Source: Candidatus Aenigmatarchaeota archaeon (GTDB taxonomy: Archaea; Aenigmatarchaeota; Aenigmatarchaeia; GW2011-AR5; GCA-2688965). From it: 43,566 nt of DNA. The stretch lies in the NCBI GenBank assembly GCA_043813745.1, contig JBDRKV010000027.1:1-43566 (forward strand), given 5' to 3'. Of the stretch, positions 1 to 9,215 are shown piece after piece. Each line of letters begins with the position of its first letter. Position 1 is the stretch's first letter. The notes under the pieces are model-generated. The model was given only the letters and a program-made list of their open reading frames with translations, searched no databases and was not told the origin of the DNA. The translations under genes and the position numbers were made by a program.

Positions 1-201
1 GAGGTTGTTGAAAGGTATATATCAAAAAGGTTTAAGCTAAATGTCGATCATGAGGCGCATCCGATTGCACAAAAAATAGAACGTTCATTCTACGCTGATT
101 ATCACAAGCACCGCTCAAAGTTGTGCTGGCAACGCCATGAAAAGCGCATAGCGCGCGTGTGGCGTCGGGAGCATAGGTGGGTGCTTAAGAAGCGTAAATG
201 A
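1..201 (+). CDS. 3' end of an ORF truncated by the window edge (hypothetical, basic C-terminus)
   Basis: Frame 1 is open from nt 1 to TGA at 199-201 (...HRSKLCWQRHEKRIARVWRREHRWVLKKRK*). No family recognised. Confidence 0.25.
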   Translation, partial: EVVERYISKRFKLNVDHEAHPIAQKIERSFYADYHKHRSKLCWQRHEKRIARVWRREHRWVLKKRK

Positions 202-688
202 TTGCGACATCTGTTCAATAAATAGGAAAAAGAGAGAAAAAGCAATTGTCTAAGATTGTTAAAAATGACTACATTATTTCAGTGGATTATTTTTTACTTA
301 CCTTTTTTTCTTTTTTGTACTTTTTTTCTTTGCCATTCTTTTCACCTCACGTTAATTAGATAATTGTGCTGAAGTTGTATATAAAGATATCATAAATTTT
401 TACATGAATTTAGGTAAGGGATGACGACAACAGCGACCTTCTTTTTGGAAAGGAAAGTGCCACCACCATCAGAATATCCCATGAACTTCGTTTGATTAGA
501 TATGACACTTAGTCCACTATTGGAGAGTTTGCTGAATTATCCACATCTTACTTAATCGTCATGCGCCAATGCAAGGTAATTCATCTTGGCACACAATACA
601 CTTTTTATACATGTCAAGCGAATTTTATTCATGTGTGTAAATGAATCGAAATTCATTTCAACATCTCAAACACCGGAGGTATTTGAAG

Positions 689-2380
689 ATGAAGAACTTT
701 GAAGTCGCCAACCTGCTCTATAAGATAGCTGATATCCTGGAGATGCAAAACGTGCAGTGGAAGCCACAAGCCTATAGGCGCGCTGCGCAGAGTATAGAGA
801 ACATGTCCGAGGATATAGAAGTCTTGTATAAACAAGGAAAGCTCAAGGAGATACCTGGCGTTGGCAAAGCCATTGCTGAAAAAATTTCTGAATACCTTGC
901 TACTGGAAAACTGAGATACTATGAGAAACTGAAAAAGAAACTGCCTGTTAAACTTGACGAATTGATGAGTGTGCCTGGACTTGGGCCGAAAAAAATAATG
1001 AATCTTTACAATAAACTGCATATAAAAAATGTCCGCGAGCTTGAGGCTGCTGCCAAAAAACACAAGATTCAGAAGCTTGAAGGCATGGGCACGAAGTCAG
1101 AAGTAGACATCATTACGGGCATAGAACGCATGAGACGCAGTGCTGGAAGGATGCTACTCGGGTTTGCAATACCCATTGCTGAAGATATTCATCGAAAGCT
1201 TTCCTCACTTGCTTATGTGAAAGACGTTAAGATTGTTGGCTCTTACCGCAGATGCAAGGAGACTATCGGAGACTTTGATATACTTGTTGTTTCGCCTAAG
1301 CCAAAACTTGTCATGGATTTCTTCGCGAGCATGCCAAATGTCAAGAACATAGAAGCAAAAGGGTCTACTAAGACGTCTGTTACATTAGACATGGGTATGG
1401 ATGCAGACTTGCGCGTGTTCTCCAAGGAAGAGTTTGGCGCGGCAATGCTGTACTTCACCGGCTCAAAGGAGCATAATATTTTGATAAGGCGGCTGGCAAT
1501 GAAGAAGGGCTGGAAGCTCAGCGAATATGGGTTGTTCAAAGGCAAGAAAAGGATTGCCGGAAAAACCGAACAGGAGGTCTACAGAAAACTAGGCATGCAA
1601 TACATACCTCCGGAAATGCGCGAAGCAAACGGCGAGATAGAGCTCGCGATGAAACGAAAAATTCCAAAGCTTATTGAGCTGAAGGACATACGAGGAGATT
1701 TGCAGCTGCATACAACGTATAGCGATGGTACAAACAGCATTAAGGAGATAGCCGGCGCTGCTAAGCAGCGCGGGTATGATTACATTGCTATAACAGACCA
1801 CTACGGTTCGTTGAAGATTGCCGGAGCAATGACGCCTGCTGAAGCGCGAAAGCAGTGGAAAGAAATCAATGGAATAAAGAGTATCCACGTACTGAAAGGG
1901 GTTGAGATAAACATAAACAAGAACGGCTCCCTGGACATGGACAAAAAGTTGCTGGATGGTTTTGATATAAGATTAATTGCAGTGCATAGCAGCTTCAAGA
2001 TGCCTGCGCAGGAGCAGACGAAACGCCTGCTCAAAGCCGTAGAAAGTGGATACGCCAATGTTTTGGCGCATCCGATGACGCGCATGATTGGAAAACGAGA
2101 CGAGATAAAGTTTAATATTGAAAAGGTCTTTCAGGCGTGCAAAGATAATAAAGTGGCGCTGGAGATAGACGCCTATCCAGATCGCTCGGACCTACGTGAC
2201 GTCTACTTGCGCATTGCCAAAGAGCTCGGCTGCAAGATATCTATGGGCACCGACGCGCATAACGCAGACTCGCTGCGCTTCATGGAAATCGGCGTGGGCA
2301 TGGCACGCAGGGGCTGGCTTGAAAAGAAAAATATTATAAACACGATGACATATTCCCAGCTTAAGAAGTGGCTGAAATAA
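689..2380 (+). CDS. polX: Family X DNA polymerase (PolX) with C-terminal PHP domain
   Basis: HhH motifs (IPGVGKAIAEKI, VPGLGPKK), pol-beta nucleotidyltransferase core (GSYRRCKETIGDFDILV) and PHP motifs (LHTTYSDG, AITDH, GTDAH). Start moved from 641 to ATG 689 (MKNFEVANLL) because GGAGGT lies 9 nt upstream. Confidence 0.9.
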   Translation: MKNFEVANLLYKIADILEMQNVQWKPQAYRRAAQSIENMSEDIEVLYKQGKLKEIPGVGKAIAEKISEYLATGKLRYYEKLKKKLPVKLDELMSVPGLGPKKIMNLYNKLHIKNVRELEAAAKKHKIQKLEGMGTKSEVDIITGIERMRRSAGRMLLGFAIPIAEDIHRKLSSLAYVKDVKIVGSYRRCKETIGDFDILVVSPKPKLVMDFFASMPNVKNIEAKGSTKTSVTLDMGMDADLRVFSKEEFGAAMLYFTGSKEHNILIRRLAMKKGWKLSEYGLFKGKKRIAGKTEQEVYRKLGMQYIPPEMREANGEIELAMKRKIPKLIELKDIRGDLQLHTTYSDGTNSIKEIAGAAKQRGYDYIAITDHYGSLKIAGAMTPAEARKQWKEINGIKSIHVLKGVEININKNGSLDMDKKLLDGFDIRLIAVHSSFKMPAQEQTKRLLKAVESGYANVLAHPMTRMIGKRDEIKFNIEKVFQACKDNKVALEIDAYPDRSDLRDVYLRIAKELGCKISMGTDAHNADSLRFMEIGVGMARRGWLEKKNIINTMTYSQLKKWLK

Positions 2381-2414
2381 GCCTTTTAAGAAAAGCCTTG
2401 GGAAAAGATTTTCC

Positions 2415-3593
2415 ATGGAACCAACAGAACAACAATTGCGCGCGAACATATGGAAGTTTTATCTGGCGGAATTTTTCTCGAACTTCTGGTTCATAGCCGT
2501 CATATACATACTCTACATGCAGTACTTCGGGGTTTCTTATACAGGCATAGGCACGCTTGAATTTGTTTGCTTGATGGTGGCTGTGCTGCTTGAAATACCA
2601 ACCGGCGCGTTCGCAGACATGTTTGGCAGGAGGAACAGCGTGTGTATAGGCATGGCTGTGCTTGTTGTTGCCTCACTAATCGTTGGCTTGTCCAGCGTAT
2701 TCTTATTTTTCATTATAGGATTTTTCTTCTGGGGCGTGGCTGATGCATTCATCACCGGCGCAAGGGAAGCGCTGATATACGAGACTTTGAAAGCGCTGGG
2801 CCGGGAAAAGGAATACTTGAAGATACAAAGCCGCCTGATATTGATAAGCACAATGGCTATTGTTATTGCAGCATTCACTGGCTCAATACTTTTCAGCATA
2901 AATGTGAGGCTGGCTTATTTTGCACTGGCAGGAAGCATGGCCATTGCAGCGATCATAATGCTTAGTGTGAAAGAGCCGCCTATGAAGAAAATCAAGTTCA
3001 ATATAACAGCGCACTACGACCAGGTTAAAAAAGGGGTTGGCTACCTGCTTTCAAGCAAATACCTCAAATGGCTCGTTGGTTTTTCTGCGATAATGTTCGC
3101 TCCTTATTATGTCTTTGATAGCCTGATGAACCAGCCTTATTTAATAGGTTCGGGATTCAAGGTAGTCGAGCTTGGGCTAATATTCGCGATAGTGTATGGC
3201 ATAAGCGGATTCATGACAGCGTTCATCCACCACGCAGAAAGATTTTTGAAGGAAAAGCTCTCCCTGCTGCTGGTCGTGCTCGTTCATGGCACAACATTCC
3301 TGCTCATGGCCCTGCTGAGCACGCCGCTCATAGTCATGGTATTCATACTATTCTATCTCGGGCATAATTACAGGTACATTGTCGTGGATGCCTACATGCA
3401 AAAGCACACGCCGTCAAATATACGCGCGACGCTGACGTCCTCGCACAGCATGCTGATGAATGCCAGCGGCGCTATAGCTGTTGTCATAGGCGGCATGCTT
3501 ATTGATGCTACGTCACTGAATACGACGCTGATAGTGCTTACAGCATTCACGTTTGTTGTTGGGTTACTGTGGCTTGGGAAAAGATATTTGTAG
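2415..3593 (+). CDS. MFS-type membrane transporter
   Basis: 392 aa with about 12 hydrophobic segments. MFS-like loop motif GAFADMFGRRNS after TM2. Confidence 0.75.
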   Translation: MEPTEQQLRANIWKFYLAEFFSNFWFIAVIYILYMQYFGVSYTGIGTLEFVCLMVAVLLEIPTGAFADMFGRRNSVCIGMAVLVVASLIVGLSSVFLFFIIGFFFWGVADAFITGAREALIYETLKALGREKEYLKIQSRLILISTMAIVIAAFTGSILFSINVRLAYFALAGSMAIAAIIMLSVKEPPMKKIKFNITAHYDQVKKGVGYLLSSKYLKWLVGFSAIMFAPYYVFDSLMNQPYLIGSGFKVVELGLIFAIVYGISGFMTAFIHHAERFLKEKLSLLLVVLVHGTTFLLMALLSTPLIVMVFILFYLGHNYRYIVVDAYMQKHTPSNIRATLTSSHSMLMNASGAIAVVIGGMLIDATSLNTTLIVLTAFTFVVGLLWLGKRYL

Positions 3594-3618
3594 AAAGAAG
3601 AATAATAGAAAAAGTTGA

Positions 3619-4215
3619 TTAACACTCAATGCCTACACGACCGTTCTTACCCTTGTAAAATGGGTGCTTCTTGCTCCTAACGAGCGTGACGTAATCTGCT
3701 ACGTTCAGCAATGCTTTGGGTGCTTTCCTGCCAGCGAGAATCACTTCAACGTTCTTTGCCTTGTTCTTCAGCGCTGCCAAAACGTCAGCAGTCTTAATCA
3801 TCTTCTTTGACAAGGCAACATTTATCTCGTCCAGTACGACAACATCGTATCTACCGTCTTTGAGGATTTTTGTTGCATGCTCGAGGGCTTCTTGGCAGCG
3901 TTTCTTGTCGTCGTTGTATACACTGAAACAAAAGCGACACGAGCCGCAGTCAAAGTTGCCTTCAATCTTCTTCTTCGACCATGGACATTTCTGTCCGAAC
4001 TGTTTGACGTATACGGATGGCAGCTTGTCCATGATAAGGTATTCGCCGCAATAGCCTCCGCCTTTCAGGAATTGAATTATATAGACGTTGAGATTGTGCC
4101 CGGCTGCGCGCAAAGCAACTCCGAGAGCCATGGATGTCTTGCCCTTGCCGTCTCCGGTATAGACATGAATCATACCCAGCTTGCTTCTAATTTCCTGAAT
4201 GCCCATGATGATCAC
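3619..4215 (-). CDS. cobA: ATP:cob(I)alamin adenosyltransferase, CobA/CobO/BtuR family, with a Cys-rich insertion
   Basis: IHVYTGDGKGKTSMALGVALRAAGHNLNVYIIQFLKG P-loop region and VVLDEINVAL are typical of CobA/CobO. Extra segment CPWSKKKIEGNFDCGSCRFC. Confidence 0.8.
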   Translation of the reverse strand: MIIMGIQEIRSKLGMIHVYTGDGKGKTSMALGVALRAAGHNLNVYIIQFLKGGGYCGEYLIMDKLPSVYVKQFGQKCPWSKKKIEGNFDCGSCRFCFSVYNDDKKRCQEALEHATKILKDGRYDVVVLDEINVALSKKMIKTADVLAALKNKAKNVEVILAGRKAPKALLNVADYVTLVRSKKHPFYKGKNGRVGIEC

Positions 4216-4232
4216 ACTAGAAATTAATATGT

Positions 4233-6317
4233 CTATCCTTCTTTCTTTTGCTCTACTATGTTTAGCACTTGTTCTCCGCGGCTCTTGTCGCGATAAACTG
4301 TTATTCCCTTGCAGCCCAGCTTGTAAGCGAGCCGATATGTTTTTTCAATCTCGTCCACGGTTGCGCTGTTCGGGAAGTTTATCGTTTTTGAAACAGCATT
4401 GTTCGTATATTTCTGAAATGCTGCCTGTATGCGAATGTGATATTCTGGAAGTATGTCGTGCGCTGTCACGAAGACTTTCTTCCATTTTTCCGGCACGCCT
4501 ACAATGTGCTGGACCGAGCCCTGGCGCGCGACTTCTTTCATCAGCGACTCGCTGTAAAATTCCTCGCGACGCGCAATCTCCTCGAACAGCGGATTCACTT
4601 CAACCATCTCGTCCCCGCTCAGGACATGGCGACGCACGAAAGAGATAGCGAACAGCGGTTCTATGCTGCTTGACGTGTCAGCGATTATGCTTATTGTGCC
4701 TGTAGGCGCAATTGTTGTGCGCGTGGCATTCCTTATTGGAGGACCTTTCTTGTAAATGCTCTGCTTAAAGCTTGGGAATGGGCTACGTTTCTTTGCAAGT
4801 TCGACTGAAGCGTCAAATGCTTCCTTGTCTATGAATTTCATCAACTTCTCAGCGAACTCAACAGCTTTGTCGGTGTTGTATGAAATTTCTAGGCGTATCA
4901 GCATGTTTGCAAAACCCATGATTCCTAAACCAATCTTTCGGTTTGCCTTGGTAAGTTTTTCTATTTCAGGCACAGGATACCTGTTCATATCTATGACATT
5001 GTCCAGGAAGTGAACGCACAGATGAACGGCTTTTTTCAGCTTATCCCAGTCAACCTCGTATGTATAACCGTCGCCCTCAATGCGCTTGACCATTTTCTCC
5101 AGATTAATTGAGCCGAGATTGCAGGATTCAAAAGGCAACAAAGGCTGCTCTCCGCATGGATTTGTTGATTCAATCTCTCCTAATTCTGGCGTGGGATTGA
5201 ATTTGTTTATCTTGTCTATGAATATTATTCCCGGCTCACCGTTCTTCCATGCCATCGTTGTAATCAGGTCAAAAACGCGCTTTGCGCTCAGCTTATTTAT
5301 AATTTTCTTGGTCTTCGGGTCTATGAGCTCATAGTCTTCGTCTTTCTCCACTGCTTTCATGAATTTATCCGTAAGGGCGATAGAAATATTGAAATTGTTC
5401 AACGAGCCTTCACGCTCCTTGCACACTATAAAGTCGAGTATGTCTGGATGGTCTACACGCAGTATACCCATGTTCGCGCCACGACGGGTTCCTCCTTGCT
5501 TTATCTGTTCGGTTGCTGCGTTGTACACCTTCATGAATGAAATCGGGCCGGACGCAACGCCGCCGCTTGAACGCACGATAGAGCCTTTTGATCTTAAGCG
5601 GCTGAAAGAAAATCCAGTGCCACCGCCGGACTGGTGCACGATAGCCGTGTACTTCAATGAATCGAATATGCTTTCTATGCTATCCTCTATTGGTAAAACA
5701 AAACATGCGCTTAATTGTTGCAGGTCTTTGCCTGCGTTCATTAGCGTTGGAGAGTTTGGCATGAACTCGCGGTTTGCCATCATGTCATAGAATTCTCTTT
5801 CAACTGCCTCGATGTCTTTTGCGCCAGCGCCGTATTTCTTGTCTGCATGGGCGATGTTTTCAGCCACGCGCTCAAACAGCTGCTTTGGCGTCTCGATAAT
5901 GTCCCCGCTACCGTCTTTTTTCAAATAACGTGCGCGAAGCACTTGGAGGGAATTAACAGACATCTTTATGTCGTCGACTATCCCGAGCACTGCCTTTGTC
6001 TCTCTAAGGTCCGCTCGCTTTTGCCTGTATAGTATATACGCCTTAGCGGTCTTTGCATGCCCGCGCTCGATAAGGACCTTCTCCACAATGTCTTGTATCT
6101 CCTCGACGCTTGGTATTTTGTCTGCAAATTTCTGGTTCAATAGCTCTACAACATTATTAGAAACAGTTTCAGCCACGCTGTGGTCTGCCTTGCGTTCTTC
6201 TTTCTCTGCAACCTCCTCGGCTGAGTGTAATATAGCGTTTGTAATCTTCTCCTGGTCAAATGGAACGACGCTGCCATTGCGCTTGCGGATTCCCTTTACT
6301 AATGATTTTACTGTCAT
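4233..6317 (-). CDS. nrdJ: Adenosylcobalamin-dependent (class II) ribonucleotide reductase with N-terminal ATP-cone
   Basis: ATP-cone (VRKRNGSVVPFDQEKITNAI), active-site region STNPCGEQPL, class II-like C-terminus. Start set at ATG 6317 (MTVKSL), preceded by GGTGGT. A CTATATAAG TATA-like box lies inside the longer 6371 ORF. Confidence 0.9.
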   Translation of the reverse strand: MTVKSLVKGIRKRNGSVVPFDQEKITNAILHSAEEVAEKEERKADHSVAETVSNNVVELLNQKFADKIPSVEEIQDIVEKVLIERGHAKTAKAYILYRQKRADLRETKAVLGIVDDIKMSVNSLQVLRARYLKKDGSGDIIETPKQLFERVAENIAHADKKYGAGAKDIEAVEREFYDMMANREFMPNSPTLMNAGKDLQQLSACFVLPIEDSIESIFDSLKYTAIVHQSGGGTGFSFSRLRSKGSIVRSSGGVASGPISFMKVYNAATEQIKQGGTRRGANMGILRVDHPDILDFIVCKEREGSLNNFNISIALTDKFMKAVEKDEDYELIDPKTKKIINKLSAKRVFDLITTMAWKNGEPGIIFIDKINKFNPTPELGEIESTNPCGEQPLLPFESCNLGSINLEKMVKRIEGDGYTYEVDWDKLKKAVHLCVHFLDNVIDMNRYPVPEIEKLTKANRKIGLGIMGFANMLIRLEISYNTDKAVEFAEKLMKFIDKEAFDASVELAKKRSPFPSFKQSIYKKGPPIRNATRTTIAPTGTISIIADTSSSIEPLFAISFVRRHVLSGDEMVEVNPLFEEIARREEFYSESLMKEVARQGSVQHIVGVPEKWKKVFVTAHDILPEYHIRIQAAFQKYTNNAVSKTINFPNSATVDEIEKTYRLAYKLGCKGITVYRDKSRGEQVLNIVEQKKEG

Positions 6318-6401
6318 CTGACCACCGAGAATATGTAATAATGCATTATAACTTATATAGTTATGTGTCATGCATGATATATTTTTGGGTTGAAAAACGT
6401 T

Positions 6402-6668
6402 TTAATTGGCACGCTTTCGCTCTAATCTTAATCCAAAATGTCGTGAAGTCAGTTCAGCGACTGCGAAATCCAAAAAATTTCTCGGCAATGGAAATGATGG
6501 ACAACTGACATGTATTTCTGTCACAATATGACCGTCTAATCTATGTTCATTACCTACCCTTGTCCGACAGCCATAGTGCTCAAATAAAGCGGCGACGATG
6601 CCTGGAGGAAAAGGATAATCAGGGTCAGTATATTCCTGCTGTGTTTGCGTGAATAGATATGTAGGCAT
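6402..6668 (-). CDS. Hypothetical small protein (88 aa)
   Basis: Non-repetitive ORF between rtcB and nrdJ on the same strand. TATA-like AGTTTATAAC lies about 30 nt upstream of the ATG. No family recognised. Confidence 0.4.
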   Translation of the reverse strand: MPTYLFTQTQQEYTDPDYPFPPGIVAALFEHYGCRTRVGNEHRLDGHIVTEIHVSCPSFPLPRNFLDFAVAELTSRHFGLRLERKRAN

Positions 6669-6720
6669 ATAATAACAATAATCAGCAAAAAGTTATAAAC
6701 TAAAAGTGGGATTGATGACT

Positions 6721-8178
6721 CTAGCCTTTTATAGAAATCAACGGCCTTAGCTTCACGACTTTACGAACAATGCCGCTGTTGTGCATGATGTCCACGACTT
6801 CGTCCACGAGCTTGTATGCGCCTGGCGCTTCTTCTGCCACGCCTGTGCGACTGTGTGCCTTGATTATGATGCCCTTGGATGCTAGTTCCTTGACAAGCGT
6901 GTCTCCCCACCACTTCCTCTTCGCAGCCATGCGGGACATGCATCTACCTGCACCGTGAAGCGCGCTGCCGAATGTCTCGCTCATGCCAAACTCGGTTCCG
7001 TGCATGATGTAAGAAGCAGTGCCCATTGTACCTCCGACTAGTACTGGTTGTCCTATTCTGCGATACTTTTCTGAGACTTCTATGCGGTTTGGGCCGAACG
7101 CACGCGTAGCGCCTTTTCTGTGGATAAGAAGCTTTTTGCTTACGCCGTCTACTTTATGCTCTTCTAGTTTTGCATTATTATGTCCGATGTCATAAAATGT
7201 TTTTATTTCTGATTCGTCTATTCCAAAAACTTTTGCTAAAACCTGGCGCGTCAAATGTCCTAAAACCTGGCGGTTAGCGAATGCCAGATTCATGCCTGCA
7301 TTGACTGCTGAAAAGTATTTCTTGCCTTCTGGCGATGATATAGGCGCGCACACGAGCTCTTTGTCGCGGATAGGTATATTATACTTCTTGCTTGCCTGCT
7401 CCAGGAACGGCAAGTAGTCGGTTCCGATTTGATGTCCGAGCGCGCGCGAGCCGCAGTGTATAGACACGAGGATTTGGTCTTTGCTCAAGCCGAATGCGCT
7501 AGCGGCTTTCTCGTCATAGATTTGATCAACATACTGGACTTCTAAATAATGATTACCGCTGCCTAGCGTGCCTAGCTGCTTTCCTTCGCGCTTTTTTGCT
7601 ATGTCGCTCACTGCTGTTGGATCAGCGCCGTCAACGCAGCCGTTTTCTTCAATAAAGTCCAGGTCGGCTTTAGAGCCATATCCGGTTGCTATGGCATACT
7701 TCGCGCCTTTGATTAGAACTTCATCCACGTCGCTTGGCTTGAGACGGATTTGTCCTTCAGAACCAAGTCCGGCTGGTATTTTCTTAAATAATTCTTCTGC
7801 TAACTGAGATTTCTTTTTTTCAACGTCTTCCCTTTTCAATGGTATTATCATGTCGTGCACGCCGCAGTTGATGTCAAACCCGATGCCCGCGACGCTGATA
7901 ACACCTTTGTCCAAATCAAAAGCGCCCACGCCGCCTATGGGAAAACCATAACCAGGATGCACGTCAGCCATGGCCAATGCGGCCTTTTGTATGCCTGGCA
8001 AACAAGCGACGTTAATTAATTGCAATAATGCGTTCCACTCTTTTCCGCTCTCAACGTCCGCTGTCAAGTTTCTAATGGTTTCCTGGTTGCCATAGATGAT
8101 AGCAGGGGCGTTCATATCGCCGCTTTTTTCTACGAGCCACTTAAAATCAGTTATTCGTTTTACCTGGGGTATATTCAT
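6721..8178 (-). CDS. rtcB: RNA-splicing ligase RtcB (3'-phosphate/5'-OH tRNA ligase)
   Basis: RtcB motifs GFDINCG, GSGNHYLEVQ, HCGSRALGHQ, HNNA, and C-terminal ...ISIKG. Start set at ATG 8178 (MNIPQVKRI) because TTTTAAAT sits 23-30 nt upstream and overlaps the 8202 ATG. Confidence 0.95.
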   Translation of the reverse strand: MNIPQVKRITDFKWLVEKSGDMNAPAIIYGNQETIRNLTADVESGKEWNALLQLINVACLPGIQKAALAMADVHPGYGFPIGGVGAFDLDKGVISVAGIGFDINCGVHDMIIPLKREDVEKKKSQLAEELFKKIPAGLGSEGQIRLKPSDVDEVLIKGAKYAIATGYGSKADLDFIEENGCVDGADPTAVSDIAKKREGKQLGTLGSGNHYLEVQYVDQIYDEKAASAFGLSKDQILVSIHCGSRALGHQIGTDYLPFLEQASKKYNIPIRDKELVCAPISSPEGKKYFSAVNAGMNLAFANRQVLGHLTRQVLAKVFGIDESEIKTFYDIGHNNAKLEEHKVDGVSKKLLIHRKGATRAFGPNRIEVSEKYRRIGQPVLVGGTMGTASYIMHGTEFGMSETFGSALHGAGRCMSRMAAKRKWWGDTLVKELASKGIIIKAHSRTGVAEEAPGAYKLVDEVVDIMHNSGIVRKVVKLRPLISIKG

Positions 8179-8200
8179 AACCAATAAAATGCTTATTTGC

Positions 8201-8208
8201 ATTTAAAA
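8201..8208 (-). promoter_or_regulatory. TATA-like box of rtcB (leaderless-type spacing)
   Basis: Minus-strand TTTTAAAT lies 23-30 nt upstream of ATG 8178. Confidence 0.4.
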
Positions 8209-8535
8209 GTATATTATTATTGAATGCTATGATAAGGTGTTGATTATGGGTAATGGAAAACCTCATTCTCCGTTTCATAGAAAGCGCTCGCGAATGGCTA
8301 ATTATGCAGAAGTGTTGGGTGCCAGATACGTCGCAAAGCGCGAGTGCCTTTGATGTGATACAACGTTCCTGTCGAACGGGCCGTGGAATCGATTCTGTTC
8401 TGATTGCACGGAGAAGAACAGCGATGACGCATACAGACCCCACAATATTTCGCCTGAAGCTAGGAATGCAAAACCAAGAGGCTATAATCGCGATTCTTAG
8501 AATCATCTGCACGAATTTATCCTATACGTCCACTA

Positions 8536-8716
8536 GGCACTCAGCATAAGCCACTTTTTCTGTAGAAATCTGTGAATAATGAAGTTATTCAAGATCTCAA
8601 CGAAAACAAAGTTTTCAGTTGCAGAAAGTTCCTTGGATTGCTGCAAAGGAAAAGACTTTCCTTTGAGCTGTTGAAAAGCTTTGCTCTTCAAACACAAAAA
8701 GACAGAGGGCTGATGC
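8536..8716 (-). ncRNA. Candidate miniaturised RNase P RNA (catalytic-domain-only)
   Basis: Minus strand carries collinear AAAGGAAAGTC (CR-I-like), AGATCTTGAATAAC (CR-IV-like) and ACAGAAAAAGTGGCTTATG (CR-V-like). P4-type pairing AAGTC/GGCTT. Terminal pairing GCATCAGC with GCTGAgTGC. No specificity domain is visible. Confidence 0.35.
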
Positions 8717-8728
8717 AAATATATTATT

Positions 8729-9151
8729 TCAGACATCAACAAGGCATTCAGCGTACGACTTGCCGGCTAAGTCATATACTTTCAGTCCGCTGTATGTGGC
8801 TGCCTTGACCTCGGTCTTGATGATGTGGCGCTGCAGGTCTATTTTTTCTCCGAACGCCTTGGCACGCAGCGAGAACTCGTTTTGGTTACGATGGATGTTC
8901 ACAAAGAACTGCGAAAAAAACATTCGCTTGATGTCTTTCTGTGTCAAGAGCTCGTTGAGAAATGTGACCAACAGCTGTTCGAGCGTTGGCGCTTTAACGC
9001 TAAACTCGATTTTGTCTTTCTGCTTCACGCCGTCAATGTCAACCATGATGTTGAACATTGCCTTGGCTGCTTCTTCAAACGCTTCTTCTGCTGACGCTCC
9101 CTCGCCGACAATTCCGACGTCGGCCTGGTGCTCCTTGTAACGGAAGGGCAT
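8729..9151 (-). CDS. Archease (RtcB activator)
   Basis: 140 aa. N-terminal YKEHQADVGIVGEGASAEEAFEEAAKAM and the overall length are typical of archease. Confidence 0.9.
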   Translation of the reverse strand: MPFRYKEHQADVGIVGEGASAEEAFEEAAKAMFNIMVDIDGVKQKDKIEFSVKAPTLEQLLVTFLNELLTQKDIKRMFFSQFFVNIHRNQNEFSLRAKAFGEKIDLQRHIIKTEVKAATYSGLKVYDLAGKSYAECLVDV

Positions 9152-9215
9152 AGAATATTAATTGGTTGATGGTTTAAATTAATCAATTTTATATCTCTGC
9201 GTGCAAGATATTATC

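Noticed and set aside
298-336. 12-aa Lys-rich micro-ORF (MAKKKSTKKKKR) preceded by GAGGTGA
   Set aside because: It is encoded by a homopolymeric T/A tract in an AT-rich spacer, and is too short and low-complexity to support.
8240-8530. SRP (7S) RNA in the rtcB-archease spacer
   Set aside because: I could not find the helix-8 pattern (GNAR tetraloop flanked by AGGxC / AGCA-type loops) or Alu-domain motifs on either strand.
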